The notes under the pieces: generated by a model | The model's database searches: none | Told to the model about the DNA's origin: nothing | The model's input: only the letters and a program-made list of their open reading frames with translations | DNA from: Octopus sinensis | Lineage: Eukaryota | DNA: 64,000 bases | Reading direction: 5' to 3' | Assembly: GCF_006345805.1 (NCBI RefSeq) | Contig: NC_042998.1 | Span: forward strand, 100,936,001-101,000,000 | In this document: piece by piece, positions 25,401-36,089 of the stretch | Position numbering within the stretch: position 1 is the stretch's first letter | How the letters are laid out: every line of letters begins with the position of its first letter | Position numbers and translations under genes: made by a program

Positions 25401-27078
25401 TGACAATTCAGATATTTCCAATTCTGATTGCATTATTACATCTATGGATGCTTATAGTGATGGTCCATCTGGAATGGCTGACAGGAATTTTGCAGACAGC
25501 TTTCATAATAATAGTAATACTAATAATAACAATCGTAATAAGACTGTTCCACTTCAAAACTCATCATCACAAAAATCCTGTTCAGAAGAATTATACATTT
25601 GTAAATATGGATGCAAGACATTTGGTACTTTTAAAGAACTTATTTCACATTTACAATCCCATTGTGAAATGAAAGATACACAGGCTGATTTTGGTGAAGA
25701 AGAAGACATGAATCGTGTAGATTCATTAGAAGAGAATACAGAAAACTCTAAGGGGGATAGTCAAGTGTTGAAGTTGTTTTTATGTGAATATGGGTGTGGT
25801 ACATATTTTACAGTTGATGAGCTACGGCGTCACTCACTTGAAGTTCATAACAAACCTGCAACAATAAAGAACCAGGAAGATAGATTTGATTCAGAATCAT
25901 GTGGCAGCAACAATTCAATCTTGAAAGTTAAAAGCCCTTATAAATGTTCATATTGTACAAAAGTATTCTCAATACGAAGCCAGCTAACAAAACATATTCG
26001 AATTCATACAGGAGAAACCCCCCACTGTTGCCACTATTGTGGTGCTGGCTTTGCTAATCCAAGCAATCTGACACGTCACATTAGAACTCATACTGGAGAG
26101 AAACCATATAGTTGTCCATCATGTAAAAAGGCTTTTGGAAGTTCAAGTAACATGAAGGAACACATGAAAACACATTCCAAACTTTCTTTATATAATTGTA
26201 AATTTTGTCCTCAGAAATTTTCTTTGTTTCAGAGCTTTCAACAGCATATGAAATGCCATAGTAATGTCAATGAATTAACTGATGATGATGACAATGATGC
26301 AGATAATAATAATAATAATGATGATGATGATGATGATGATGACGGTGGCAATGGCGGCGACGATGACGATGATGATGAGAAGCACCTTAACACACAGACT
26401 GTTATCTATGTAGAAGAACTAGATAATATAAACGAACAGTTAGCTGATGAGTCTGCTATTGTTGCTTCTAATATTTTGAATTTAGAGCAGCAAAAGGAAA
26501 GTACTGAGGGGAATTATCAAGTGCCAACCGCAGAAAATATGAATCTTCAATCAAAAGAAATATGTTACTTTGGAGACCTTGAAGACGAACTTAAAAATCT
26601 TGATGCTCCCATTTACACACATAAAAAACCTAACAGTTCCCGGCATCGTAAAAGGTCAAATAAATCGGAAGACCATATAATAAATCTAGTAGACTTTTCT
26701 TTGTCAGATTATGCAGATGGCAGCAAAGAATCTCCAACATCCAGCAAGAGTCAGTCTCACCAAGACAGAAAATATACTCGCAACGCTCCCCCAAAACGGA
26801 CCCACATTACAAAAGCACGTTCCTTACCTCCTTATGTATGTAAATACTGTCAAAAACTGTTCACCATTCGCAGTAATTTGATAAAACATATACGTACACA
26901 TACAGGTGAGAGGCCCTTCAAATGCCACTTGTGTGAAGCAGCTTTTGCTAACCCAAGCAATTTGACTCGACATGTTCGTACACACACAGGTGAGAAGCCT
27001 TACCTTTGTCTATGCTGTTCAAAAACCTTTAGAGCTTCATCTAATCTCAAAGTTCATCTTAGAGTTCATTGTAGTTAA
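19453..27078 (+). CDS. Large multi-cluster C2H2 zinc-finger protein (2541 aa, ~27 fingers), single coding exon
   Basis: Uninterrupted 7.6-kb ORF with good start context (aaaATGG). Seven clusters of 3-4 C-x2-C-x12-H-x3-H fingers with TGEKP/TGERP linkers, plus two isolated fingers and S/N/D/E-rich spacers. Confidence 0.96.
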   Translation: MASSPKKKVSFRAGESPRLYKCTFCTKTFNVHGNLIKHTRTHTGERPFRCYICEKAFANPSNLTRHKRLHTGDRPYICTFCQKTFRASSNLREHLKSHLGDSTFTCQHCESSFTVFAEYSLHMEEHFETASRLLFGSSTMALSSAVSQNTFEKKEKRNKTLKESSSLSYVSPEGVQEKSSSNLKSNHVERNLEKGDCKMQLDLVIPEDSNLLNSQKDLLFSVESSQNNTSCSDVSLLSSSSYQDMEVKTNANLQYSEEKDLITKVPVSKEGMEMVNYLSESFNEYKAGTCIDIVDLNKEPQIRQPPTLSEIDYQTVGSSKTNLLTGRSKGKQWNFCSTEEDQSALDISKKDLENLSENVNSGYCLDFRDESTCTLDELSHKLTQCFYCQRIFSSDDQVKDCDDSSKDHPCCGTCNKTQTGSAWLLSNSTSVKKSFKCLFCQNEFTDSIELNQHSCIMDVNDKRYNQYFKNSKSTTDCFAKDSIKTSTSFIDSCFEKVLLENQMDNALSSKDIQLDNVLNISTVQMDNIHGGKNSQLGIVQNCKNSQLDSTDGSNDIQLDSIQSSILDNFRDIQHLNALSESNKHSESSVKDLSASENFYSLIKKGNMLEERLHSTATKYLKETVNSPKSGEDSDKDSDDVIIVNDMLQTLSNNEKIIQDKDNSSGFIFDRVHSPAQNLNYDSILLYKSSKNLNSHAEIQGSENNLTNFTSTQISGKKQKETLNKKNKLSITSLVKNVSTKHDKKLKTESVSHPKIHKCRYCDKVFTVHGNLIKHIRIHTGEKPFQCALCTAAFANPSNLTRHVRIHTGEKPYKCTYCDRSFRDSSSLMSHHQTHLKYPLKNFSRNKKPSKNASAKPSPKINHKQKKNVDEKIEKTLSSSKVNFDSNNAKLFWPQELSSMHTKGNDGLNKRRKNNQLETVDLDSFSDAESNEREVAAGSDKLIPDKIKMYKSNNSSSSTTTTITTNVTTATAGGNENSVKLNGSQRPGGLSTRLNNYSPILIECHSETTEDLKNGNGNNSNGFKADEILKQSDFNGSTKIINSTSLDAADKKKCSRAQNNSVVLKSTDLNGDKNVKSKGRRLHTCIYCSKSFTVHSNLIKHIRIHTGEKPFKCQLCEKAFANPSNMTRHLRVHTIEPSYKCTACPRTFRAPNNLKVHMSLHTQSSTVQKVCFICQAVYARKKELVNHLKIHTTMENTDYSNDYNSDSNECLSISLPSPQTSNPQSIQFPFIKQGFMQKTQSGCNSSQHDGVVEVSKVNVASNSLDLASLNLKNIPSNKSSSKLSGPSVKLHNSDSLEVNPMVKKVFSEGFPQSDEFCELPENLNESDAENEHFLSQSPRPGLTVMDSNDNSKASYSDVCVENVDDEESKLYNESPVKLSKSEQVILIEERFSKEDFLTLPYGNSHIEVENVSSNCNSPYKSEEINVNIQSLSSENEMHNSSDFEMKSTKRKATKRKTHRKQHSCKFCGRGFPSRCNLIKHIRTHTGEKPFRCKCCRASFANPSNLTRHVRTHTGEKPYPCPHCPKSFRASSTLKHHIYTHAKCNSYKCRFCSKVYSIFSKFKLHLLTHSKSSAKSKCIVEDHSIPSQAFLPPVSKSVDKKIPKKIPENASDPSESSHHINRYLLDQELQPSQASFIKNEEVLGFKNSKEIAFSDEVEISAAHNDLSKNSLDHYSFFSENAVSSYAGKRTGAKKQKRRAKTNSIELNEAENRSSFWSQFPSETSTPRKRKAIHKCNYCEKAFTVSSNLRKHVRTHTGEKPFMCRFCSRPFANPSNLIRHERIHTGEKPYICNFCPQHFAASSSLKEHIKRHTAVSGNDDSLLLADIDIPTSYGRKQSAVSVVTENDLLHDKTAELSANIKYENDYSESEQEIIDDCLNVNTCALESTECSSAETEKNKESPNIIHSVLNPLTVVSDNNLAIENIKQVRYKDGQINGENLAGDVSSVSLTLHQGLKDTEKSIKFEEEQENSSCHPDKGSKNLSNVNDNSDISNSDCIITSMDAYSDGPSGMADRNFADSFHNNSNTNNNNRNKTVPLQNSSSQKSCSEELYICKYGCKTFGTFKELISHLQSHCEMKDTQADFGEEEDMNRVDSLEENTENSKGDSQVLKLFLCEYGCGTYFTVDELRRHSLEVHNKPATIKNQEDRFDSESCGSNNSILKVKSPYKCSYCTKVFSIRSQLTKHIRIHTGETPHCCHYCGAGFANPSNLTRHIRTHTGEKPYSCPSCKKAFGSSSNMKEHMKTHSKLSLYNCKFCPQKFSLFQSFQQHMKCHSNVNELTDDDDNDADNNNNNDDDDDDDDGGNGGDDDDDDEKHLNTQTVIYVEELDNINEQLADESAIVASNILNLEQQKESTEGNYQVPTAENMNLQSKEICYFGDLEDELKNLDAPIYTHKKPNSSRHRKRSNKSEDHIINLVDFSLSDYADGSKESPTSSKSQSHQDRKYTRNAPPKRTHITKARSLPPYVCKYCQKLFTIRSNLIKHIRTHTGERPFKCHLCEAAFANPSNLTRHVRTHTGEKPYLCLCCSKTFRASSNLKVHLRVHCS

Positions 27079-27220
27079 ATGTTAAGCCTCACTCATCTTT
27101 ATGGTTCTGTTACCATATAAAATAATGTTAGAAGCTTCAAACCTTTTATATTTAAAAAGATCTTTTTCATGTCATGTTTAAGCTAATTTAATGGAAATCA
27201 CACACGCACACACATATATA

Positions 27221-27438
27221 TATGAAGGGGTACTGAAAAGTTCCTTTAAGGGTCTTGCAAAAGGCCTAGTTGGAGGCCCAGCCTTCTGAGTTCTTTCGTA
27301 GGACTTAGAAAAACTGAAGGATCACTGCAATAAGTGTGTGAATCTGAGAGGGGAATATGTTGAATAAAAGCATAATTAACTGATCCTCCTGTATTTCTTT
27401 TTACCCAAAGCCAGGAACATTTTAGCACCCATTATATA
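27221..27438 (+). mobile_element. Mariner-derived MITE just downstream of the ZNF stop
   Basis: Degenerate TIRs tatgaaggggtactgaaaagttcct / aggaacattttagcacccattata. Internal KLKDHCNKCVNLRGEYVE* is a mariner transposase C-terminus. Confidence 0.7.
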
Positions 27439-28444
27439 TATATATATATATATGAAAATGAAATGTAGCTATGAGTATAAGGGACTAGACTACAGACTAC
27501 ATAGTTTTGTGTTCAAACCTTGTAGCCTTTGAGTTGTGCCAACAGGCAAAGCATCTGACACAACTTTCCTATTCTACAGTTGAGTTGATAGTTAGCTAGG
27601 GTATGCAGCTGGATGAGCAAGTGCTCTAACTGTATTGAAAAATGTCCATATTTGTCTTTTTTAAAAAATAATAACAAACTATTTATGGTAATTGGTTGGA
27701 AATGTTAAAAATGTATATATTTATGTACTGTTCTTAAGAAAAAAAAAAAAGAAGTGGAAAATTTGTAAATACAATTTTGTGAAAATTCTTCAGTCGTATT
27801 CATGTCAACAAAACATAAAATGTATGATATTTTTGGTGGACATGATTTTTACACTAGGATTTTTAAAAATGCAAAAGAGAAAAGGAAAAAAAAATGAACT
27901 CCAAAGAAAATAGAGAGAAGGAGAGAGATAGAAAGGGAAAGAGAGAGAACTGATATAGTGTGTGATTATTTTAAATCTGGCATATTTGTCACTTTGTAAA
28001 GTTCCAATTAAACATGTAACTTTTGAAGAAAAATTCCATTTCATTACTTAGAGTTTGTATTATGTTTCTCTCATGTGAAATTAACTGTAATTTGATGATT
28101 TAATACCATCATTTAACATGAACTTATTTAACTGTTCGTCTGATAGGACTGGATGAATGACAAGTATTTGGAGGAAGTTAGTATAATAATGCAACACTGT
28201 CTTGATTTTTTAATGACAGATAACGTGAATATATATAAATCATCATCATTACCATAGTTGTTCTGATATGTCCATTTTTATCATGCTGGCATGGGTTGAC
28301 TAAGTCTGTTCCAGCACAGCTTCTAGCCACTATTTTTTTTATCATCTGATAATACAGTCAACAACAGAACTCTTCTCTAATTTTTGTTGTTGTGGATATT
28401 ATGTTGACATTATTTTTATAGCTGGATACACTTCCTGTCAGCAG

Positions 28445-28599
28445 TTATATATATGCACACACACACATTTATATATATATATATGCATATATTTATATAT
28501 ATGCATATATATACATATGCATGTATATAAATACACATATGCATATGCATCCATATATATATCCATATATATCCATATATATATGCATATATATCTATA

Positions 28600-28635
<36 letters not shown>

Positions 28636-28650
28636 TATATATATATATAG
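28445..28650. repeat. (TA)n/(CATA)-type microsatellite
   Basis: Directly visible dinucleotide-rich tract. Confidence 0.9.
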
Positions 28651-30037
28651 TAATACAAAATAATATATTTTTGTACAGATCTTTTTAAAGCAAAGATATT
28701 TGTGTGGAAACATTAATGTTACATTGAAAAGTTTTCAATGCTTGGCAGATGTGTCCAGTGTAGATTGTGTTTCAAAAACATCTGTTTATTATATTATTTT
28801 TATAGTTACATGGATAATACTTCAGGGCTGATAGTTCACTAGCAATTTCGCATAAAGATGAGCTAATTTTCAAAATTAGGAGATAACAGCTACTTAACTC
28901 GAAAATAATAAGGAAGCAAAAATAATCTGTACCATAGTGCTGAATGTATAATTTTTAAAGCTGTTATCAGAAGAGGAAGGGCAGTCTTCATAACTACTTT
29001 TTCAGTGGCCCTAAAATTGATGAAAGGAAAGGAACAAGTTATCTTAAATTATTATGTTACCATATTTCCACTGAAATATATTGTTTTCCAATTAATTTTG
29101 AAAACATTGAAGAATTAGTATAATTACTTTGCCTTTATTAAGCTGGTATTTGGAATGAAAATTTAGGTGGGATTTTGATGAAGGTTTTTAAATTGGATCC
29201 CTTTTAAACAGAAAGTTTATATCATAGAATTAGGGATGGACTTAGGTAGGTTGATATCAAAAGGGTTAAATGCGGACCTAGCCCATATCCTTTGAAAAGA
29301 ATGGCCTTCACTAAAGGCACACAAAAGCTAGGTGATGGTGTTAAACCAAGTGATGGAGTAAGCCTACCACCCAATGTTAGGGATCTTTATAGTTAAATGA
29401 TAAGGTAGTGGCCATACTTAATTTATTAGAAAGGAATATACTGGGGAATCTATGTTTTTGTAAGTGTGAACAGTACTTTGCATAAAATGTGATGTGAAAT
29501 TTTATGATGACTGAAAATGAGACAAAAAAAAAAAATTGAAGTTTCATAATACGATAGGCAGGTGCAACAAAGTTTTGCTGAAAAACTTCTGTAAAGTGTA
29601 GTGAGTCAAGAGTTGGCTGTTTAGCTCCAAGTTAGCCCTGATCAAGCAGTCCTGTGATCAAAGTTATTCCAAGTGTGAGCATCACACTTATTTAGAGGTA
29701 TGTAGGACAACATTTCTAATGTGTCCTTCCCTAATTCATAATAGTATAATGTGATTTGAGGGAGATTTGGCTGCTAATTTTAGCAGGTTGAGTGATCATG
29801 TAAAAACTCTCTTGTTGGTTCATATGCCAAACATAATTTACCTCATAGAGCGGTTAGAGTATGAATAGAGGGACAGAAATAGGTGTCTTGCATAAAGGAG
29901 ATACATGGCTACCTCAGTAAGAGAGTGAGAGAGAGAGAGAGAGAGAAAGAGAGGGGAGAGAAGATATTTTCTATTACTGATTTTTTTTGACACCCTCTCT
30001 GATTCAATGCCTCTCCCCCATTTTTAATGTACATATA

Positions 30038-30909
30038 CATGGTATCAAAAAGTTTCTGGAGTAGTTCTGTAGAGCACCAACTCGATGGCAGCACATGGTT
30101 GTGTGTGCAGTGAGAGCTAACTGTGACCTTCATGAAGCAGTGTGCCAGGTGACATTGCTATGTTTACTTTGCAAGTTGTGAAATTTACGTTTTCATGATT
30201 TTGTCATGGACACGAACAAAGAGCCAACATGAAATTTTATGCTAAACTTTGGAAGTCTGCTACAGAGACATTGAACATGCTATAGCAACAAGGCAATGGG
30301 TTATGTGCAATGTTTTGAGTGGCACAGTTGCTTCTAAAGCAGAAGAACTAACCTAGAAGACGGTGAGTGATTTGGAAGACTTGTCATGAGTGTCAGTCCT
30401 GGAAATGTATTGTGTATCAAGAATTCATCTCCCAGGGCCAGACTGTCAATTGAGCATTCTATGTGATGTTTTGAAGTGTTTGATATTTGGCAAAAGTGAT
30501 CGGGTTTGTGGAGCATGAAGTATTGGATTCTTCATGACGACAATGTACCCTATCACTGAGCTCGCTCCACTTGTGAGTTTCTTGTCAAAGACAATTTGGT
30601 ATTGCTTCAACACCCATCCTATTTGCCAGAGTTAGCACCTGTGGACTTCCGTCTCTTTGCCAAGATGAAAATGTAGTTCAAAGGTCACCGTTTTTACACC
30701 ATTGTCAAGACCCAGTGCGAATTGCCGAAGGTCGTCGACTCGCTCACAGAAAACAACTTCCCGGCTGGATTTCAAAAGTGGTAGAAATGCTGGGACCGGT
30801 GTATTGTTGAGCAAGGTGACTATTCCAAAGGAGATGATGCTAAAACTTAGGTAAATAAGCTATTTTTGATTAAACATAACTAGTCCGGGAAATTTTTGAT
30901 ACCATCTTG
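30038..30909 (+). mobile_element. Internally deleted, decayed mariner (Tc1/mariner) transposon
   Basis: ~30-bp TIRs (ggtatcaaaaagtttctggagtagtt / aactagtccgggaaatttttgatacc) flanked by TA. Remnants ANMKFYAKLWKSATETLNML, WILHDDNVPYH, QHPSYLPELAPVDF.LF and KW*KCWDRCI..QGDY. Confidence 0.85.
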
Positions 30910-32780
30910 TAATATCAGGCCAGAATAATTTAGTTCTGAGCACTAGCTTGCCATGGATGACTAACTAGAGCACTACCCAACTATAAGTAGATATTTGATG
31001 CATCACTGCTTGTTCTTAGTTATTGACCCAACATGTGGGTTTGACCTTAAACTCAGGTACTTATTCTTTGTCTTTCATATAAGTCCCTGTAGTCCCCTTC
31101 ACCCTCAATATCTGTCTTTCCCACCCATATCATAGTACTGACAGCTTTCAGAAGCACTGATCTGCATTATCTGATGTCTTTCCTTTTTTTTTCCAATGGT
31201 GGTAAGGTGTTATTTTACAGGATATTCGATTGTGTTTTAAGATAGTAACCTGATCTGGATATTTCAGTATGCAGATGCAGTAAAGCTTTGTGGACTGAAA
31301 GTAGAAGGGTTTTTTTTTTGTGTCAGCCAGAATACAAATGAAGTCATTGTGAGTGACAAATTTACTGATGTTGCCCTACCACTAGCCCAAATCTGAATGA
31401 ATCAAGATACCCCATCCATAATTCATACACACACAAATATTTTTTCTTTATTATTTATTTGTAACTTTCTGCCATTTTAAACCCCACTTATAACAAGCAA
31501 CTCTCTCTTCACAAATGGTTTCTCCCTTGATAAAAACAGCCTTGAAAATGTGTGTGATTGCAGGTTTTTAAAAATATTTGTATTTTATTCATGAGAGCTT
31601 GGGTCTATAAGTCGACGGTTATCTATATAATGTAGCTTGTTGTGGTAAATACTTATAAATATTTATTGAGAAAAGGGGTACTTTGATTGACAATGATCTA
31701 CAATGTCCAGTGATGGACTAAAACTAGATGCATAACAATATTTAATTTTGTCCTTTGTTATATGTTCAAATCCTCTTGTGGTCAACTTTGTTTTTCATCC
31801 TCCCAGGTGTCAATAAAACAACTACGAAGTACAACTGAAGTCGATTCCATCAAGTATTCATCAACTCAGCAAATATTTTTCTGCCGAATAAATGACAAAC
31901 AACTACTCACAAAAAAAAAGAAAAATAAAGAAAAAAATGTAAATCGTAACAAGGGTAATAACTCTATAAAACCGAAAAAAAAAAAATACACACTCGCAAA
32001 TTGAAATAAGGGAATTTGAGTAGTCTCCCTTTGAACGGTAATTTTTGTTTGTTTCTTCGTGGTGGTAATTTATAGTCTTCAATAGAAAAAAAAATGATAT
32101 TTTTTACATTTAATAAATATTAAATATGATGAGGATGAAAATGTGAGAGAACCTGGAGGGACACTTTCTTTGTCCTGTTTTATATGTACTCTTTATATTT
32201 GCACGTTTCGCTTTGTTTCAATGTAAACATGTATTTGCAGTTGAGTCCTTGGCTAGCCAACAATAAATTTAATTTAAGAAAATATTTTATGTCAATATAA
32301 ACCAGATGTGTCTGTCTTTAGTCATTGCTACATAAGCGTATTAATGTATTTTATGTTGGGAAATCATAATTGTCAAAAGATTTCGAATATGAAACACTGA
32401 AATTGTAAGGCAATTGCTGTTGTTGTTCTTGTCATTGTTTACTCATATTGTGAGCTCTGAATGACCAGTTCTATGATTTTAAGACGTTCCAGTCATGACT
32501 ATCCTGTCTTATTTTTCAGTCAATGTATCTAGGGCCCTATTGAATATGTCCTTCTTGCAGGCCTGGAGAGTGAGATTTGTGGATATTTGGTTATTGTTTC
32601 TTGCATGTTGCTCAACCATGTAGTGGCTCCCCTGTTCAAGCAATGAAGTAATTGAGGTATGTTAGGGTTTCATAAAGAAAAGGAACATCTACTTTCTAGA
32701 GACAACTTTCAAGCAGTTCTTTGAATTTCAATGCTGGGCTCGATCAGCAGAATATCTGCCATTCTTGTGCTCACCATCCC

Positions 32781-32967
32781 ATCATCATCATCATCATCAT
32801 CATTTAACGTCCGCTTTCCATGCTAGCATGGGTTGGATGGTTCAACTGGGGTCTGGGAAGCCAGATGGCTGCACCAGGCCCAGTCTGATCTGGCAGTGTT
32901 TCTACAGCTGGATGCCCTTCCTAACGCCAACCACTCCATGAGTGTAGTGGTGCTTTTTACGTGCCCC
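32781..32967 (-). mobile_element. RTE 3'-UTR repeat (family A)
   Basis: (CAT)n + ttaacgtccgctttccatgctagc...gtgctttttacgtgcc. Confidence 0.8.
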
Positions 32968-33899
32968 ATCTGTTTATATTTCAGATACTGTGTATCCTAT
33001 ATCTCCTCCAGTTTTTTTAAAAGGGCAGGTTGTAATCAAAAGGATTTTGTTATTTTTGGTAAGATTTGACACTGCATTTTCTGTTCATGCACATGTATTA
33101 AAGTTTGATTTGAGGAAGATTTGATAGCTAATTCTAGCTTTGTGATCACTCACAGAGTGGCTCCCTTTTTTGGCTAGTGAGTTAAGCTGTAGATATTTCT
33201 TCTCTTGAAGCACTTAAAATTTCTACTTTTAAACAAACGATGTACACTTGGCAGCAGTGAGTACCCTCACTATGATGACTTGGCCTAGAAACATACACTC
33301 CTTGTATAGAAATATATCTTTCTAAATCTTCATACACAACTGGTTGATGATGTTGTTTAGCATTCTCCTCCTAACTAGCTAGGATCCAATAAAGCTAAAA
33401 TCAAAGTCAAAGGTATAACAGCAGCTGTGACTCTATTGGATTATGTTATTCAACATGTTCTTCCTCTTTTTTTTTAAGATGATAGGATGTGATTTGAAGG
33501 AGAATTGTCTGCTATTTCTTGGAGGGTGAGTGACTTCAGAGAGGCTTCTTCACATACTTGATCAGTTTAAGTTTGTTGACTCCTCTTATTTGTAATATCC
33601 TTTTATTTCTTTTCTTCCCCAAGGAAAATATCTGGTCAAATATTTTTTTCCCTGAATGAGATCTTACTTCAAAGGAAGGCTTGAAGGAAATTATCGAATG
33701 TTATTGCTTAGAATGCAGTACAAGAAAAATCCCAAAGTTTTTGTGCTAAAGTATTTTTAGCAATAGTAATTATTAGGGCAGAAATTTGATGGAAGGACAC
33801 ACTCGAATGTACCTGACCGGTTTTTTAGTTTACCAACCCTGAAAGTTTGAACAACAAAGTTGACCTTAGTAAAATCAGAATTCAGAATATAAAGATAAA

Positions 33900-34373
33900 T
33901 TAAAATAGTAATAATGATAATAATAATAATGATTGTTTCTAACATAGTTACTAGGTCTCAAATTAGGTGAGAAGATATCGGTCAATTATATTGATCTCAG
34001 TATTTGATTGATATTTTATTTTATCAACATCAAAGGGATGAAAGGCAAAGTTGATCTCAAAAAGCAGGACTTGAACTCAGAATGTCAAGAGCCAAAATAA
34101 ATACAGCAAGACATTTTCTCTGATACTCTAGTGATCAACCACCTAATAATAATAATAATAATAATTTCTACTATTGGCACAAGGCCTGAAGTTTTGGGGA
34201 TGGGACTAGTCAATCACATTGACTCCAGAATTTCACTGGTACTTATTTTATTGATCCTGAAAGTATGAAAGGCAAAGTCGACCTCGGCAGTGTTTGAACT
34301 CGGATTGTAGCAACGGGTGAAATACCGCTAAGCATTTCATCCAGTGAGCTAACAACTCTGCCAGCTTGCCGCC
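33900..34373 (-). mobile_element. Two tandem family-C SINEs embedded in (AAT)n
   Basis: (AAT)n at 33905, 34143 and 34375 flank copies. The second copy ends gccagcttgccgcc (head). Confidence 0.8.
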
Positions 34374-34409
34374 ATAATAATAATAATAATAATAATAATA
34401 ATGTAATAA

Positions 34410-35038
34410 CTAGCTGGACCCATGAAAAATTTATGGAAACATAAAAAATGTAAGCATCAGTAAACAGTGTACTGGTGCCATGAGAAATGTTTGCATATTA
34501 TGACTGTCTGTCATTCTGAGTTCAAATTCTGCTGAGGTCAACTTTACTTTTTTCCTTTTGGGGTCAATAAATTAAGTACCAGTTGTGTACTGGGGTCGAT
34601 CTAATCAACTGGCCCCCTCCTCACAAAAATTTCAGGCCTTGAAAAGTATATTGTGACTGTTACAGAATATAGAAAGTAAAGTAACACCAATGACTATATA
34701 ATCCAACCAAAATATCTGTTACACAAACATAAACGGAATTACTATTTAACCTTAAAATACATCGTAGATATTCAAAGAACCTTCTTGGTTTAGTGGTACA
34801 GAACGTTATTTTGGTATTCTTTTATTTTTTTACTTGTTTCAGTCATTTAACGGTGGCCATACTGGAGCACTACCCTTTAGTCGAAGAAATTGACCCCTGG
34901 TCTTATTCCCTGTAAGCCTGGTGGTTATTCTATCAGTCTCTTCTGCTGAACAGCTAAATTACAGGGATGCAAACGCACCAACATCGGTTGTCAAGCAATG
35001 GTGGTGGTGGGACAAACACAGACACAAGCATACATACA

Positions 35039-35069
<31 letters not shown>

Positions 35070-35940
35070 GATGGGCTTGGAGGTAGTGGTGATGCTGGCT
35101 GGTGCAATTTTGTGGTTGGCTAATATGCCGAGAGAGCTCCAGTGGGCCCCTAACTGGTTCTCCAATCTTAAAGGTGTAATGTGGTTGTGTAATGATGGAG
35201 TAGCTGGTGTGGTGGTGATGCTAGCTGGTGTGGTGGTCTTCCTCACAGTACTTCATGGTACACAATATTTTGTATGTCACACCACGTTTTTGGCCTTGTC
35301 TGTTTTCCCATTTGAGTGTCATAACTCTTTGATATTGTTCATAACTTGTGCTCTTGAAAATGCAACATATAATTGGCCATGAGAAAATACTGGTTGAGGC
35401 AAATGAATTCCAACATTTTTTCAAATGTTTGCCCTTGAGCCTTATTAATTGTCATTGAACATACAAGTTGAAGTGGAAACTGAAGTCTGTTTAGTGTGAA
35501 TGGAATATTTGCATCACTTGAGCTTAGTTTAATTCTGGGAATTAGAACTGTACGACCTCTGTTGGAGCCTGTTACCAATGATTCCTCTACACAATGTGAA
35601 TGAAGTCTTTGCACTTTCATGAAAATTCCATTACATGATCCTTGACTGATCGAAAGATTTCTTAGCAGCATTACAATAACCCCTACTTTTAAGTTGAGGT
35701 GATGAGGAGGCATACCGGATGGAGGGAGTGAGTTTATGAATTCAAATGGATAGTTCTGAACCTCATCTTCATCATTGCAGGACACTGAATCTGTGCTTAA
35801 GTACATTTTAAGTGCCTCTGATATAATATTAAGAACTTTTTCATTTATTGCAAGACAGTCAGGATTTTTAGGAGATAAAATTACTTGTTTTTCCATTTCT
35901 TCTGATGTGCAGTTGATGAAAATTTCTAGGTACAAATGTA
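34410..35940 (-). mobile_element. Helitron 3' portion (PIF1-like helicase C-terminus and CTAG terminus), interrupted by two SINEs
   Basis: ORF 35339-35935 has PPSGMPPHHLNLKVGVIVMLLRNL, PRIKL and QFPLQL...MTINKAQGQT, then frameshifted PVFSHGQLYVAFSR. The minus-strand hairpin remnant + cagCTAG|T ends at 34410. SINE C (+) at ~34483-34641 and SINE B (-) at ~34828-35075 are inserted. Confidence 0.85.
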
Positions 35941-36089
35941 CAAATTGAAATGCAAAAGAACGAAATAATAAATGGATTTATGAATGAAAGTTTGATAATT
36001 GTGTTTATTTTCACCATGTGACACTTATTATTGCAAACATGTTTTAACTAACCTATACTATACACACACACACACACACAAATGCATTC

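Noticed and set aside
19748-25672. Small alternative-frame and antisense ORFs inside the ZNF exon
   Set aside because: They are short shadows of the main frame with no recognisable domains.
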